A stretch of DNA of 64,000 bases, taken from Candidatus Nomurabacteria bacterium. GTDB taxonomy: Bacteria > Patescibacteriota > Minisyncoccia > Phycocordibacterales > JAACPR01. The translations under genes were made by a program, and so were the position numbers. Below the pieces are notes generated by a model. That model searched no databases. It was not told where the DNA came from and was given only the letters and a program-made list of their open reading frames with translations. This document shows, piece by piece, positions 47,027 through 55,843 of the stretch (position 1 is its first letter; each line of letters starts with the position of its first letter). The DNA lies in NCBI GenBank assembly GCA_020632215.1, contig JACKFZ010000007.1:1187-65186 (forward strand), given 5' to 3'.

Positions 47027-48333
47027 ACAAAATTTCACCTTTACAATTAATTCTACTTGTCGTTGCTGGATTTGCCATTGTGGTAGCAGTTATTATATTT
47101 GCTTTCAATAGAAGTAATTCTGGTTCTACAGAAGCGGAAGTGGTAATGTGGGGTACTTTTTCTCCTGATCTAATGATTAATATTGGCAGAACTCTTCAGC
47201 AAAGTAATGTTGATATTTCTAACATTGTTTATATCCAAAAAGATCCAAATACTATCGAAGATGAATTTGTAAGCGCTCTAGCTGAAGGTGAAGGACCAGA
47301 TTTAATTATTCTTAATCAAGATCAGATAATTTCAAATTATAATCGAGTGATTAAGATTCCTTATGAGACTTTTGCCTTGCGAGATTATTTAAATACTTTC
47401 ATTTCAGAAGGTGATCTTTTTGCCTCCGATAACGGTATTGTTGCTGTCCCTCTTTTCATTGATCCTATGGTTATGTATTGGAACAAAAGTCTGTTTTCGG
47501 CCGCTGGTATTTCTTCGCCACCAAAATATTGGAGTGAAGTGATGGGTATTGCGCCTCGTCTAACAAATAGCGATAGTAACTTGATAGTAAGTCAAAGCGC
47601 AGTTGCTTTAGGAGAATTTAGAAATATTAATCACGCCAAGGAAATTTTCTTAAACTTAATATTGCAAGCAGGTAATAATGTAGTAATACCAAATACTGAT
47701 GAAAATGTACGAGGAAGTTACAAGGTTATTTTAGATGAAAGACTCGGCTATACAGTTATTCCAACTGTAGCAGCTATGAACTTTTTCACCCAATTTTCTA
47801 ATCCAACTAAGGATGTCTACTCTTGGAATAGATCTTTACCAAACTCTCTAGATAGATTCATTGGTGGAGACTTAGCTATGTATTTTGGTTTTGTTAGTGA
47901 GCAAAATACTATTCGTCAGAAGAACCCAAACCTAGATTTTGATGTTTCTACTATGCCACAGTCTCAGAATGCTTCAGAACCAAAAGTCTTTGGTCGAATG
48001 TCGGCCATTGCTATTTCTCGCAATAGTCAAAATCCACAAGGTGCTTTCAATGCCATTTTAAAGTTAACTAGTCAGCTTGTTCAAAATCAGATCAAGATCG
48101 AAACTGGCCTACCACCAGTTAGAAGAGATCTGTTGCAGGCTGATCCAAATGATCCTTTTGAAAGCATTTTCTTCACTTCCGCTTTGTGGTCAAAAGGTGT
48201 TAGGGAAGTAGATGCACAAAAAACAACAGAAATTTTGCAATCAATGGTAGAATCTTATGTGACGGGGCGTTCAGATGCTGGAGAAGCGGTAACAAAAGCA
48301 CAGACAGAAATGGAGTTGTTACTTGATCAATAA
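47023..48333 (+). CDS. extracellular solute-binding protein (ABC transporter SBP, family 1-like) with N-terminal TM anchor
   Basis: N-terminal hydrophobic anchor, size and composition typical of sugar SBPs; 4-bp overlap with the upstream gene. Confidence 0.55.
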   Translation: MNKISPLQLILLVVAGFAIVVAVIIFAFNRSNSGSTEAEVVMWGTFSPDLMINIGRTLQQSNVDISNIVYIQKDPNTIEDEFVSALAEGEGPDLIILNQDQIISNYNRVIKIPYETFALRDYLNTFISEGDLFASDNGIVAVPLFIDPMVMYWNKSLFSAAGISSPPKYWSEVMGIAPRLTNSDSNLIVSQSAVALGEFRNINHAKEIFLNLILQAGNNVVIPNTDENVRGSYKVILDERLGYTVIPTVAAMNFFTQFSNPTKDVYSWNRSLPNSLDRFIGGDLAMYFGFVSEQNTIRQKNPNLDFDVSTMPQSQNASEPKVFGRMSAIAISRNSQNPQGAFNAILKLTSQLVQNQIKIETGLPPVRRDLLQADPNDPFESIFFTSALWSKGVREVDAQKTTEILQSMVESYVTGRSDAGEAVTKAQTEMELLLDQ

Positions 48334-48335
48334 CT

Positions 48336-48863
48336 ATGAAAACAAAAGGAATAAAAAGAAGTTTAATAATATCGTTTATAGTTGGATTAATTGCTTTCTT
48401 CTTTCTTTTTAATTTGGCAGGGGCACAGAGTGGGAGAGAAACTAACGCTGTTTCTGTTCCAAGTGGTGGCTCTGGTAGTTCACAGAGTAGTGGCACTATT
48501 ATTTCTGGTGGCTTGGTGCCGTGTGGAAATGGGAATGCTGACGGCAACCTTGTTGAAATTAATGCTGGTTCGTGCACCTTTCAAGACCTTATAGAGTTAG
48601 TTAATCGGATTATAAAATTTCTAGTAATAGCTTCTAGCTTTGTCTTTGTTATTATTGTTGTCTACGCGGGGTGGATTTATATTAGTTCAGGAGGTGATAC
48701 AGGAAAAGTGGCTCAAGCACATAAGATGTTTTTTAATTCTGTTGTAGGGATTATAATAGTTATATCGGCATGGTTGATTATAAAAATGATTTTAGAAGGT
48801 CTAAAGACAGATTCAAAGTTTCAAGAAGTTTTATCGTTTATAGATTTATTATGGCTCGTATAA
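48336..48863 (+). CDS. VirB2/TrbC-like pilin family protein (paralogue 1 of 7)
   Basis: Signal/TM N-terminus, Gly/Ser-rich linker, Cys pair 'LVPCGNG...CTFQDLIELVNRIIKFL', two C-terminal TM helices. Confidence 0.5.
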   Translation: MKTKGIKRSLIISFIVGLIAFFFLFNLAGAQSGRETNAVSVPSGGSGSSQSSGTIISGGLVPCGNGNADGNLVEINAGSCTFQDLIELVNRIIKFLVIASSFVFVIIVVYAGWIYISSGGDTGKVAQAHKMFFNSVVGIIIVISAWLIIKMILEGLKTDSKFQEVLSFIDLLWLV

Positions 48864-49213
48864 GAAAAGTAAAATTATTTATTGTTAGTTTGACTCTATT
48901 CCTACTCCCATTTTTTGTTTTTGCACAAGATGCTGTAGCTAATCCAAAAGGTATCCATAATCCTTTGAGTAAACTTGGTTCTGTTAAAGATGTTCTTTTG
49001 GCTTTGTTAAACATAGTCGTTCAGATAGGAGTGATTGCCGTAGTCTTTTTCATAGTTTTTGCTGGATTTAAAATGGTTTGGGCTAGAGGTAATCCAGAAG
49101 AGTTGGCGAAAGCAAAAAATATTTTATGGTACACCATGATTGGGGGAGCTGTTGTTTTGGGTGCAGAGGCCATTTTACAACTTATAAATAACACAATTGA
49201 TCAATTAAGGTAA
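48851..49213 (+). CDS. VirB2/TrbC-like pilin family protein (paralogue 2)
   Basis: 'MARIRKVKLFIVSLTLFLLPFFVFAQD' signal peptide; 'FAGFKMVWARGNPEELAKAKNILWYTMIGGAVVLGAEAIL'. Confidence 0.5.
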   Translation: MARIRKVKLFIVSLTLFLLPFFVFAQDAVANPKGIHNPLSKLGSVKDVLLALLNIVVQIGVIAVVFFIVFAGFKMVWARGNPEELAKAKNILWYTMIGGAVVLGAEAILQLINNTIDQLR

Positions 49214-49214
49214 T

Positions 49215-49586
49215 ATGCTGGTATTCTTTAAAAAAAATAAAGGACTACTTATATCTCTAACACTGATAACAACACCATTTGTTACTAATGCTGCTACTAC
49301 TGATTTATTTGAATATTTTAATGGTTTGACCAATAGTATTGGTTTTTTTATTAGATTTGCTATGTTGTGGGGGCTGACATTCTTTATATTTGGAGTTTTT
49401 AGATATATCAATGCTGGTGAAAGTCCAGAAAAAAGATCATCGGGAGCAAAAGTTATTACGCACGGACTAATAGCTTTGTTTCTAGCAGTATCTGTTTGGG
49501 CAATTGTCACTCTTTTGGTAAATACTACTATAGGCAAGGATGGCAATGTTAATCAATTTGCACCAAAAAATATAACTGATCTATGA
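49215..49586 (+). CDS. VirB2/TrbC-like pilin family protein (paralogue 3)
   Basis: Same architecture; 'FGVFRYINAGESPEKRSSGAKVITHGLIALFLAVSVWAIV'. Confidence 0.5.
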   Translation: MLVFFKKNKGLLISLTLITTPFVTNAATTDLFEYFNGLTNSIGFFIRFAMLWGLTFFIFGVFRYINAGESPEKRSSGAKVITHGLIALFLAVSVWAIVTLLVNTTIGKDGNVNQFAPKNITDL

Positions 49587-50032
49587 TAAAAGACCTTATT
49601 TTTTTAAAAGAAAATATATTTAAAGTATTAATGGTAGTTACTCTTGCTTTATTTGTTACATCTGTTTTTTATGTTAATTATGTTGATGCACAAGTCAAAA
49701 CACCTGGGCTACAATTGGCAACTCAGGGCAGTAGTTATTGTTCCAAGCTTGGCGGTAGCGGTGCAAATGTAAAAGTCTTTGCATATTGTATTACGCAACT
49801 CGCTGTAGGATCATTTGTGCCGTATATATTTGCACTTGCCTTACTGTCTTTTATGGTGGCTATCTTTTGGTATATTCGTAATGCCGATAATGAACAAAAG
49901 AGAGCAGAAGCTATTAAGTGGATTATTTGGAGTATTGTTGGCTTATTCTTTATGGTCACAGTTTGGACATTTGCCAAGTTCTTTGGAGACTTCTTTGGGG
50001 CTCCAGCAGGGATTATTCCACAGTTTCAATAA
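49583..50032 (+). CDS. VirB2/TrbC-like pilin family protein (paralogue 4)
   Basis: 'MVAIFWYIRNADNEQKRAEAIKWIIWSIVGLFFMVTVW'. Confidence 0.5.
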   Translation: MIKDLIFLKENIFKVLMVVTLALFVTSVFYVNYVDAQVKTPGLQLATQGSSYCSKLGGSGANVKVFAYCITQLAVGSFVPYIFALALLSFMVAIFWYIRNADNEQKRAEAIKWIIWSIVGLFFMVTVWTFAKFFGDFFGAPAGIIPQFQ

Positions 50033-50094
50033 TAGGGTATAAAGATGCTTTTTTAGGGTATAATGTAGAGCGTAATAATTAATTCATTTTTGTT

Positions 50095-50541
50095 ATGAAA
50101 AAAATAGAGAAAATAGCTTTTACTTCTTTAGCAGTTTTGAGTAGTGTTCTGATAGGTGGTTCAAACAGTGCTCATGCGCAATCTGGTACTGGTAGTATAA
50201 CGTCTGGTTCCGGTGGTGTAAGTTCTACTGGTTTGAACACAGGATCAATTCCTAGCAACTCTAACAACGATTTGAATGGTTTCTTGGATCAAATCTCAGC
50301 TATATTGAGAAAGGCCATTGAGATTATAATGGGATTAGCTGTGGTGGTATTTCTTTGGGGAGTGGTTATGTACATAATATCTAAAAGTCCTGAAGAGCAA
50401 GCCAAGGCCAAGGGTTATATGATCTGGGGTATTATCGGACTATTTGTGATGGTTTCTATTTGGGCATTGGTAGGTTTGTTGACTGGCACATTCTTTGGTG
50501 GAGCAATCAGACAAACTCCTCCTGCTATTCCAACACTTTAG
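50095..50541 (+). CDS. VirB2/TrbC-like pilin family protein (paralogue 5)
   Basis: 'VMYIISKSPEEQAKAKGYMIWGIIGLFVMVSIWALVGLL'. Confidence 0.5.
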   Translation: MKKIEKIAFTSLAVLSSVLIGGSNSAHAQSGTGSITSGSGGVSSTGLNTGSIPSNSNNDLNGFLDQISAILRKAIEIIMGLAVVVFLWGVVMYIISKSPEEQAKAKGYMIWGIIGLFVMVSIWALVGLLTGTFFGGAIRQTPPAIPTL

Positions 50542-50657
50542 GACATATATTTTTCCACATTAGTTTTTTTGATTTATAAAATAGCTGTAAATGTGGTATT
50601 ATATAAGTCGATAAACCTTTTGGTTATCAATTAATTTAAAACTAATTTATTTAAAAA

Positions 50658-51035
50658 ATGAAAGCTTTAAAAATAGGAACATTTGTACTTTCAGTTGCTG
50701 CACTCCCTCTAGTTTCTAGTGCCCAATTTGTTGCAACGACAGGAGGTACAGGAAGATTGGAGTCTTTGTTAAAATCTGTTGGTGACCTTATTGCTGCTTT
50801 GATACCGATTATTATGGGACTAGCTCTGATCGTCTTTCTTTGGGGAGTTTTGCTTTATGTTATCTCTAAGTCACAAGAAGATAAGGCAGCTGCTAGAAGT
50901 TATATGATCTGGGGTATTATCGGACTATTTGTGATGGTTTCTGTTTGGGGAATTGTAACAATACTTTCCGACGCTGTCTTCGGTGGAGCAAGAATTGATT
51001 CTCCTCCTGTTTTACCTAGATTCACTCCTAGATAA
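50658..51035 (+). CDS. VirB2/TrbC-like pilin family protein (paralogue 6)
   Basis: 'LLYVISKSQEDKAAARSYMIWGIIGLFVMVSVWGIV', near-identical C-terminus to paralogue 5. Confidence 0.5.
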   Translation: MKALKIGTFVLSVAALPLVSSAQFVATTGGTGRLESLLKSVGDLIAALIPIIMGLALIVFLWGVLLYVISKSQEDKAAARSYMIWGIIGLFVMVSVWGIVTILSDAVFGGARIDSPPVLPRFTPR

Positions 51036-51054
51036 TTGATAATAATTCAACTAC

Positions 51055-51462
51055 TTGAAGAGTCCTATGAAAAAATGTATTGATTTTTCGAAAAAGAAAT
51101 TTTTCCTGCTCAGTGCATTTATTCTAGGCTCTTTTTTTATTTCTTTTGACGTTGATGCGGCTGAAAATATAAAAGTGCCTTACAAAAAAGTAGATTTACT
51201 TTCTAAAATCGCTATAAATATAGTCAATCCAATTATTGTTATGTTTTTTGGGTTAGCTTTAGCTTATTTTGTTTTTGGAGTGCTTAGATTTATTGTTGGT
51301 GGAGAGAATGAGGAAGTTAGACAAAAAGGAAGAGACCACATTCTCTGGGGATTGGTTGGTATGGGAATGATGTTTGGCGCTTGGTCAATATTAAGAATTG
51401 TCACTAATACTTTCAGTTTGAGTGATCAACCATTGAATCTTCTCCAAGGTAGTCAAAAATAA
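51055..51462 (+). CDS. VirB2/TrbC-like pilin family protein (paralogue 7)
   Basis: 'LRFIVGGENEEVRQKGRDHILWGLVGMGMMFGAWSILRIV'. Confidence 0.5.
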   Translation: MKSPMKKCIDFSKKKFFLLSAFILGSFFISFDVDAAENIKVPYKKVDLLSKIAINIVNPIIVMFFGLALAYFVFGVLRFIVGGENEEVRQKGRDHILWGLVGMGMMFGAWSILRIVTNTFSLSDQPLNLLQGSQK

Positions 51463-51464
51463 AA

Positions 51465-51515
51465 AGCGCCCATTACCGGTTCCTCTCGAAAGAGGTTCCG
51501 GCGGGCGTTTTTTTG
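51465..51515. terminator. strong bidirectional GC-rich hairpin terminator
   Basis: 'AAAAAGCGCCCATTACCGGTTCCTCTCGAAAGAGGTTCCGGCGGGCGTTTTTTTGG'. Confidence 0.7.
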
Positions 51516-51527
51516 GTTGGAATGAAT

Positions 51528-52100
51528 TTACAGATCTTCGTGGATGATGAAGATCTGTCCGAAGGTTGGTTGGTTCGGCCTGCTTAGGACCAATCTGATC
51601 CGGACAATCTCCACATCGTGGAGATACAGCTTTTTGCCCGGTAACCAATTTGTTGGTTCAGAGTCAGTAGACCCATCAGGATGAGTCACTTCAAACTGAA
51701 ACCAATTTTCGTCTTGCGGTCTCTTGAACCGCACTGTCTTCCCTCCGACTTGGATTGGTGGTGACCAGTCGGTGAAGATGTTTTTCTTCTCGATCACGGG
51801 TTGGCTGTCAACTCGTTCGAGCAGGTACCTTTCTTTCGCCCACTCATGGTTTTTGTAGGCGAAATAGACGAATGACCCCACGAGGGAACCAACCGTCAGT
51901 ACCCAAAACATTCTCCAGAGGAACTGGCCGAAGCCTAGAACGAAGGACTTTGTCCCAGGCCAGATATTTACCCTACCTCCGCTTGATGATTGGGAGGGGG
52001 GATCTTCGTCAGGCGTAGTCTTGTTTTTGAGAAAAAACCAAACCGAACCAATTATTAATGCAATCCAAAAGATTGCTATTCCAGAGATCCACCAAATCAT
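51528..52100 (-). CDS. membrane protein, possible NfeD-like partner of the upstream SPFH protein
   Basis: Two N-terminal TM helices and a soluble beta-rich C-domain; 4-bp overlap with the SPFH gene; GC-rich. Confidence 0.3.
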   Translation of the reverse strand: MIWWISGIAIFWIALIIGSVWFFLKNKTTPDEDPPSQSSSGGRVNIWPGTKSFVLGFGQFLWRMFWVLTVGSLVGSFVYFAYKNHEWAKERYLLERVDSQPVIEKKNIFTDWSPPIQVGGKTVRFKRPQDENWFQFEVTHPDGSTDSEPTNWLPGKKLYLHDVEIVRIRLVLSRPNQPTFGQIFIIHEDL

Positions 52101-53332
52101 GACTCACCTCCTTCTTGTTCTTGTGTGTGACTTTGTTCTTTAGTACGGCTTACCATGATGCCGATAGGGGACGAAGATCCCCCTTCGGAGTACACGATGC
52201 CACTTTCATTCTTGCCAATTGCATTGGCTCGACGATCTTGAACAACCTGGTCCATAGCATGCCCCAGATCGCTCAATCCAGCCTCATGTAGTTTCTCTAA
52301 TACGATTTTCCACCCTTTACCTTCTGCATCCGCTCTAGCCAAAAGACCTTCTGCTTCTGCTCTCAGTAATTCTTCTCGTGCATTTGCTTCACCAATTCCT
52401 CTCTCGGTAGCAGCATCACGATCACCTTCAGCTTTTCGGCGTTCAGCATCAGCTTTGAGTTCAGCGATGCGTACTTCTACTTGGGCTGCTTCAAGATCTG
52501 CTTGTTCAGGGATGACTCCATATGCCTTTAGGAATAGGCGATTCAGACGTAATCCGTAAGTACCAGCAACTCGATTTACCCGTTCTTGGATGAAATTGTT
52601 GAAAAACGATGCAGTGAATGTCTCAATTCCTTCTCGAAATTCCACGATACTCCGTGGGACATTGTAATTTGGATATTTTTCTCTCTCTGCTGGTGTAAGA
52701 GTATGAGAAAATAAGTCGTTGACTGTATTATCCAGTACATCCTCAACATTTGCCAGATCCACATGATAGCGTAGTGCAAAAAGTACTGGGTTTATGCATT
52801 CCCATTCACAACGAAATAGGAAATCCAAGCTACCTTCAGATAGTTCCACTGCTGGGACTATTTGGGGACGCATGAATGTCCTGCGAATTGCCCAGATAGT
52901 TTTTCTTCTTGATGTAATTGAACTCCGAATATCCAGAGACGACATTTGTGTCGTGCCCTGACCTTCTGTCTCACTGTTATTGAGCTTAACAGCATCAATT
53001 TCAAATGACAGGACTTTCATTGCTGGACTGATAGATAACCACACCCATCCAAACAATTTGTACAACAAAGTGTGAGGATATTGCGGGTTATCTAATGTTG
53101 GTGCTTGTGTTGCACCATTTGGTGATAAGTTAAATCCTAGATCACCACTACCAGAGGCAATGAAACCTTTCTCGTACCCATCGCTGCGGCCAGCAAGAAC
53201 AAAGTGTTCCGCTGGTGCATTCGTGAAGAATGTGTGTGGTGGATTTTTTGAGAAGTAACTGACAAAAAGGAAGCCAAAGACAACCAATGTTATTAGTGTG
53301 AGAACTATGAGAACTATCAGTATTGTTTCCAT
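52097..53332 (-). CDS. SPFH/band-7 (flotillin/stomatin-like) domain membrane protein
   Basis: N-terminal TM helix and the Ala/Glu-rich coiled coil 'AAQVEVRIAELKADAERRKAEGDRDAATERGIGEANAREELLRAEAEG' characteristic of the SPFH C-terminal region; about 50% GC. Confidence 0.5.
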   Translation of the reverse strand: METILIVLIVLTLITLVVFGFLFVSYFSKNPPHTFFTNAPAEHFVLAGRSDGYEKGFIASGSGDLGFNLSPNGATQAPTLDNPQYPHTLLYKLFGWVWLSISPAMKVLSFEIDAVKLNNSETEGQGTTQMSSLDIRSSITSRRKTIWAIRRTFMRPQIVPAVELSEGSLDFLFRCEWECINPVLFALRYHVDLANVEDVLDNTVNDLFSHTLTPAEREKYPNYNVPRSIVEFREGIETFTASFFNNFIQERVNRVAGTYGLRLNRLFLKAYGVIPEQADLEAAQVEVRIAELKADAERRKAEGDRDAATERGIGEANAREELLRAEAEGLLARADAEGKGWKIVLEKLHEAGLSDLGHAMDQVVQDRRANAIGKNESGIVYSEGGSSSPIGIMVSRTKEQSHTQEQEGGES

Positions 53333-53603
53333 ATCAGTAATGCGCCTCCTGCGCCGTTTGTTTTTTGTTTGTTTTTGAGAATTTTGAAACTCATTCCATT
53401 GTTAAGGAGCGAGTGTCTGCCCGCGATTTTACCACATAAAGTGGTCATTTGTCAAGCTAAGAATAAATAAAATATGGCTTTGTTGAGCCGTCAAAATAGG
53501 TTTAGTTTGTATAAAAGTAATATCTATGGTTTAACTACGTTTTTCATTTTTTCTTTAATATTCTTTGTATGTTTCTTGAGAATGGTTTTTATATAATCTT
53601 CAA

Positions 53604-53732
53604 TAGCCCAGAACCAAAGCATAGCTTGGTTCTGGATTAGTCCCGAACCGAACAAAGTTCTGGTTCGGGAGTGGTAAGCGGTAAGCCCCCACCCAAAAGG
53701 GCGGGAAATTTTTATTTATTTTTAAAAGTCGG
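53604..53732. repeat. full copy of the dispersed repeat family; inverted partner of the 57751 copy
   Basis: 'ATAGCCCAGAACCAAAGCATAGCTTGGTTCTGGATTAGTCCCGAACCGAACAAAGTTCTGGTTCGGGAGTGGTAAGCGGTAAGCCCCCACCCAAAAGGGCGGGAAATTTTTATTTATTTTT'. Confidence 0.65.
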
Positions 53733-53765
53733 GCAATGCTTACGCATCACCCTCTTTTATTTTCT

Positions 53766-53847
53766 GTGCCGAGGAGAGGACTTGAACCTCCATGGGTTAC
53801 CCCGCTTGCTCCTAAGGCAAGTGCGTCTACCAATTTCGCCACCTCGG
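53766..53847 (-). tRNA. tRNA-Leu (anticodon TAG)
   Basis: Reverse complement 'GCCGAGGTGGCGAAATTGGTAGACGCACTTGCCTTAGGAGCAAGCGGGGTAACCCATGGAGGTTCAAGTCCTCTCCTCGGCA'; long variable arm. Confidence 0.8.
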
Positions 53848-53918
53848 CATGTGTATAAGTGGATATACTAAACAATTTATTAAAAAATTGCTACTTATGA
53901 AATATTACATATTCCATG

Positions 53919-53992
53919 TCCGCCCAGTAGGACTTGAACCTACGACCGTTCGCTTAAGAGGCGACTGCTCTACCGGCTGAGCTATGGGCGGA
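53919..53992 (-). tRNA. tRNA-Lys (anticodon CTT)
   Basis: Reverse complement 'CCGCCCATAGCTCAGCCGGTAGAGCAGTCGCCTCTTAAGCGAACGGTCGTAGGTTCAAGTCCTACTGGGCGGA'; one non-WC pair at the top of the anticodon stem. Confidence 0.7.
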
Positions 53993-54036
53993 TATTGATT
54001 CATAACATTCTTAACCAAAATTAATAATTTTGCAAA

Positions 54037-54235
54037 TTAAAAAAATGACATGAACAAGAATAGTATCAATAAAATCAGTAGAATAAAAATAAATGTAATA
54101 ATGGAAAATCTAATAATTTTTTCTAGATCTTCTTTATTATTGGGCACATCACCTAATGATAGGGCAGAAATCACTAATGCTGTTAAGTAAGCAAGAAGTT
54201 TCTGAGTAGGATATTTTGTCACGTTCTTTTTCATT
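54037..54235 (-). CDS. possible small two-TM membrane protein
   Basis: 66 aa from 'MKKNVTKYPTQKLLAYLTALVISALSLG'; the longer track ORF extends into the repeat array and is probably artefactual. Confidence 0.25.
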
Positions 54236-54241
54236 ATAGTT

Positions 54242-54526
54242 TGTGCCCGGGGCGGGAATCGAACCCGCATCCCAGAGGGACACGCAAATATTTTATAGCA
54301 AGTCGTGCGTGTATACATGCAACCATACTATTGCTATGTGCCCGGGGCGGGAATCGAACCCGCATCCCAGAGGGACACGCAAATATTTTATAGCAAGTCG
54401 TGCGTGTATACATGCAACCATACTATTGCTATGTGCCCGGGGCGGGAATCGAACCCGCATCCCAGAGGGACACGCAAATATTTTATAGCAAGTCGTGCGT
54501 GTATACATGCAACCATACTATTGCTA
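54242..54526 (-). repeat. three tandem 95-bp pseudo-tRNA-Leu(TAA) copies
   Basis: Each unit shares the 3' 43 nt of the tRNA ('TGCCCGGGGCGGGAATCGAACCCGCATCCCAGAGGGACACG' on plus), has an anticodon loop expanded by 11 nt ('CTTGCTATAAAATATTTG') and an unrelated 5' part; period exactly 95 bp. Confidence 0.85.
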
Positions 54527-54528
54527 TG

Positions 54529-54609
54529 TGCCCGGGGCGGGAATCGAACCCGCATCCCAGAGGGACACGATTTTAAGTCGTGCGTGTATACCAATTCCAC
54601 CACCCGGGC
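54529..54609 (-). tRNA. tRNA-Leu (anticodon TAA)
   Basis: Reverse complement 'GCCCGGGTGGTGGAATTGGTATACACGCACGACTTAAAATCGTGTCCCTCTGGGATGCGGGTTCGATTCCCGCCCCGGGCA'. Confidence 0.8.
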
Positions 54610-54710
54610 AATTGTGTTATAAAATAGATTTATAACACAATATCCAATTAGTAGAAAGCGGTCTGTAGCTATTTCTATTAACTACCGACTGATGACTACT
54701 GACTAGATTG

Positions 54711-54784
54711 AGGTCTAGGCCGGGTTCGAACCGGCGCATAACGGTTTTGCAGACCGTCGCGTTAACCAACTTCGCCACTAGACC
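54711..54784 (-). tRNA. tRNA-Cys (anticodon GCA), U73 discriminator
   Basis: Reverse complement 'GGTCTAGTGGCGAAGTTGGTTAACGCGACGGTCTGCAAAACCGTTATGCGCCGGTTCGAACCCGGCCTAGACCT'. Confidence 0.8.
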
Positions 54785-54790
54785 ACGATT

Positions 54791-55300
54791 TTAAATAATT
54801 CGTTTTACTTTATCTGTGATTTTTTCTGGTTTAAGTTTAAAGTAATTATCAAAATGGTCAAATTTTCTTTTGAGAAAGAAACCATCTCTTTTATCTTTAT
54901 AAAGCCAACAGAATAATTTAATTGATTGGGAACTATCATAATATAGCCTATAAGCTCTTGAATATTTCTTGATGTTTGCTTTTATACCAGCATTTTCTTC
55001 CAATTTTGCTCTCAATATCTTTAAGAATTCGTATCTTCCGCAAGTGAATATAATTCTTAATCTTTTTATCTTATCTTCTAGTTTTTCTATATAAACACAC
55101 CCATTCCCATCAAAGTACCCTAAAACAAAACTATTTAGATATTTTTTAGGAATATCTGGGAATAACATTGTTGTGGATTTGTTCGGATATAAACCAATTT
55201 GTTGTAACGAATTATATATATCTTTGTCTCCAATTCTCAATAAATAAAGTTTCTTGTGATTATTATATTGTGATGAAGAGATTTTATGCTCTGAACTCAA
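54791..55300 (-). CDS. free-standing LAGLIDADG-family homing endonuclease-like protein
   Basis: 'NSFVLGYFDGNGCVYIEK' LAGLIDADG-type motif; 169 aa (single-motif size); 6 bp from tRNA-Cys. Confidence 0.55.
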   Translation of the reverse strand: MSSEHKISSSQYNNHKKLYLLRIGDKDIYNSLQQIGLYPNKSTTMLFPDIPKKYLNSFVLGYFDGNGCVYIEKLEDKIKRLRIIFTCGRYEFLKILRAKLEENAGIKANIKKYSRAYRLYYDSSQSIKLFCWLYKDKRDGFFLKRKFDHFDNYFKLKPEKITDKVKRII

Positions 55301-55515
55301 GAATAGTCTGATGATTTCTATTCGATCATAATCGGTACTTGTTACTCTTAAATATTAGCTCTGATATAAGAAGAATCTTCTAAACTTCCGTCTGCATAGA
55401 GATATCCTAAGACATAAGCCATCTCATAACTCCATTTTTTAAACGAGTCTTTATTGATCTTATACTTTATCCCCACACTAATATTCTAAGTGGTCTAATA
55501 TTATGCTGCAAATCG

Positions 55516-55842
55516 CTATAAACTTCTAGAGATTTCGTCTAGATGTTGTCTAGATTTTTCCCCATTGTCTAAATGAAAAGTCACAAAAGGGATACGAGAA
55601 AGTTTTGATTTTTCTTTCAAATATTCCTTGGCATTCTTTTGATTTCTTTCTAAAAAATCTAGGGCGGCCACTTCTTCATTTTCAGGAAAAACTGTAACAA
55701 AAAAACGAGCTTTTTTTAAGTCTTTAGATAGATCAATGTTTGTGACTGTAATCATTGAAGTTTTATTTGATTCAGTTTGAATAAATTGGCTAATATACTT
55801 TTTCAATTCATCCATCATTTTTTCTCGTTTGTATTCAATCAT
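55516..55842 (-). CDS. rbfA: ribosome-binding factor A
   Basis: 108 aa; 'ITVTNIDLSKDLKKARFFVTVF' resembles the RbfA KH-like core; immediately downstream of infB. Confidence 0.75.
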   Translation of the reverse strand: MIEYKREKMMDELKKYISQFIQTESNKTSMITVTNIDLSKDLKKARFFVTVFPENEEVAALDFLERNQKNAKEYLKEKSKLSRIPFVTFHLDNGEKSRQHLDEISRSL

Positions 55843-55843
55843 T

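Noticed and set aside
54243-54622. Four overlapping 71-105-aa ORFs on both strands
   Set aside because: They lie entirely within the 95-bp tandem pseudo-tRNA repeats and the tRNA-Leu(TAA) gene. They are periodic repeat artefacts.
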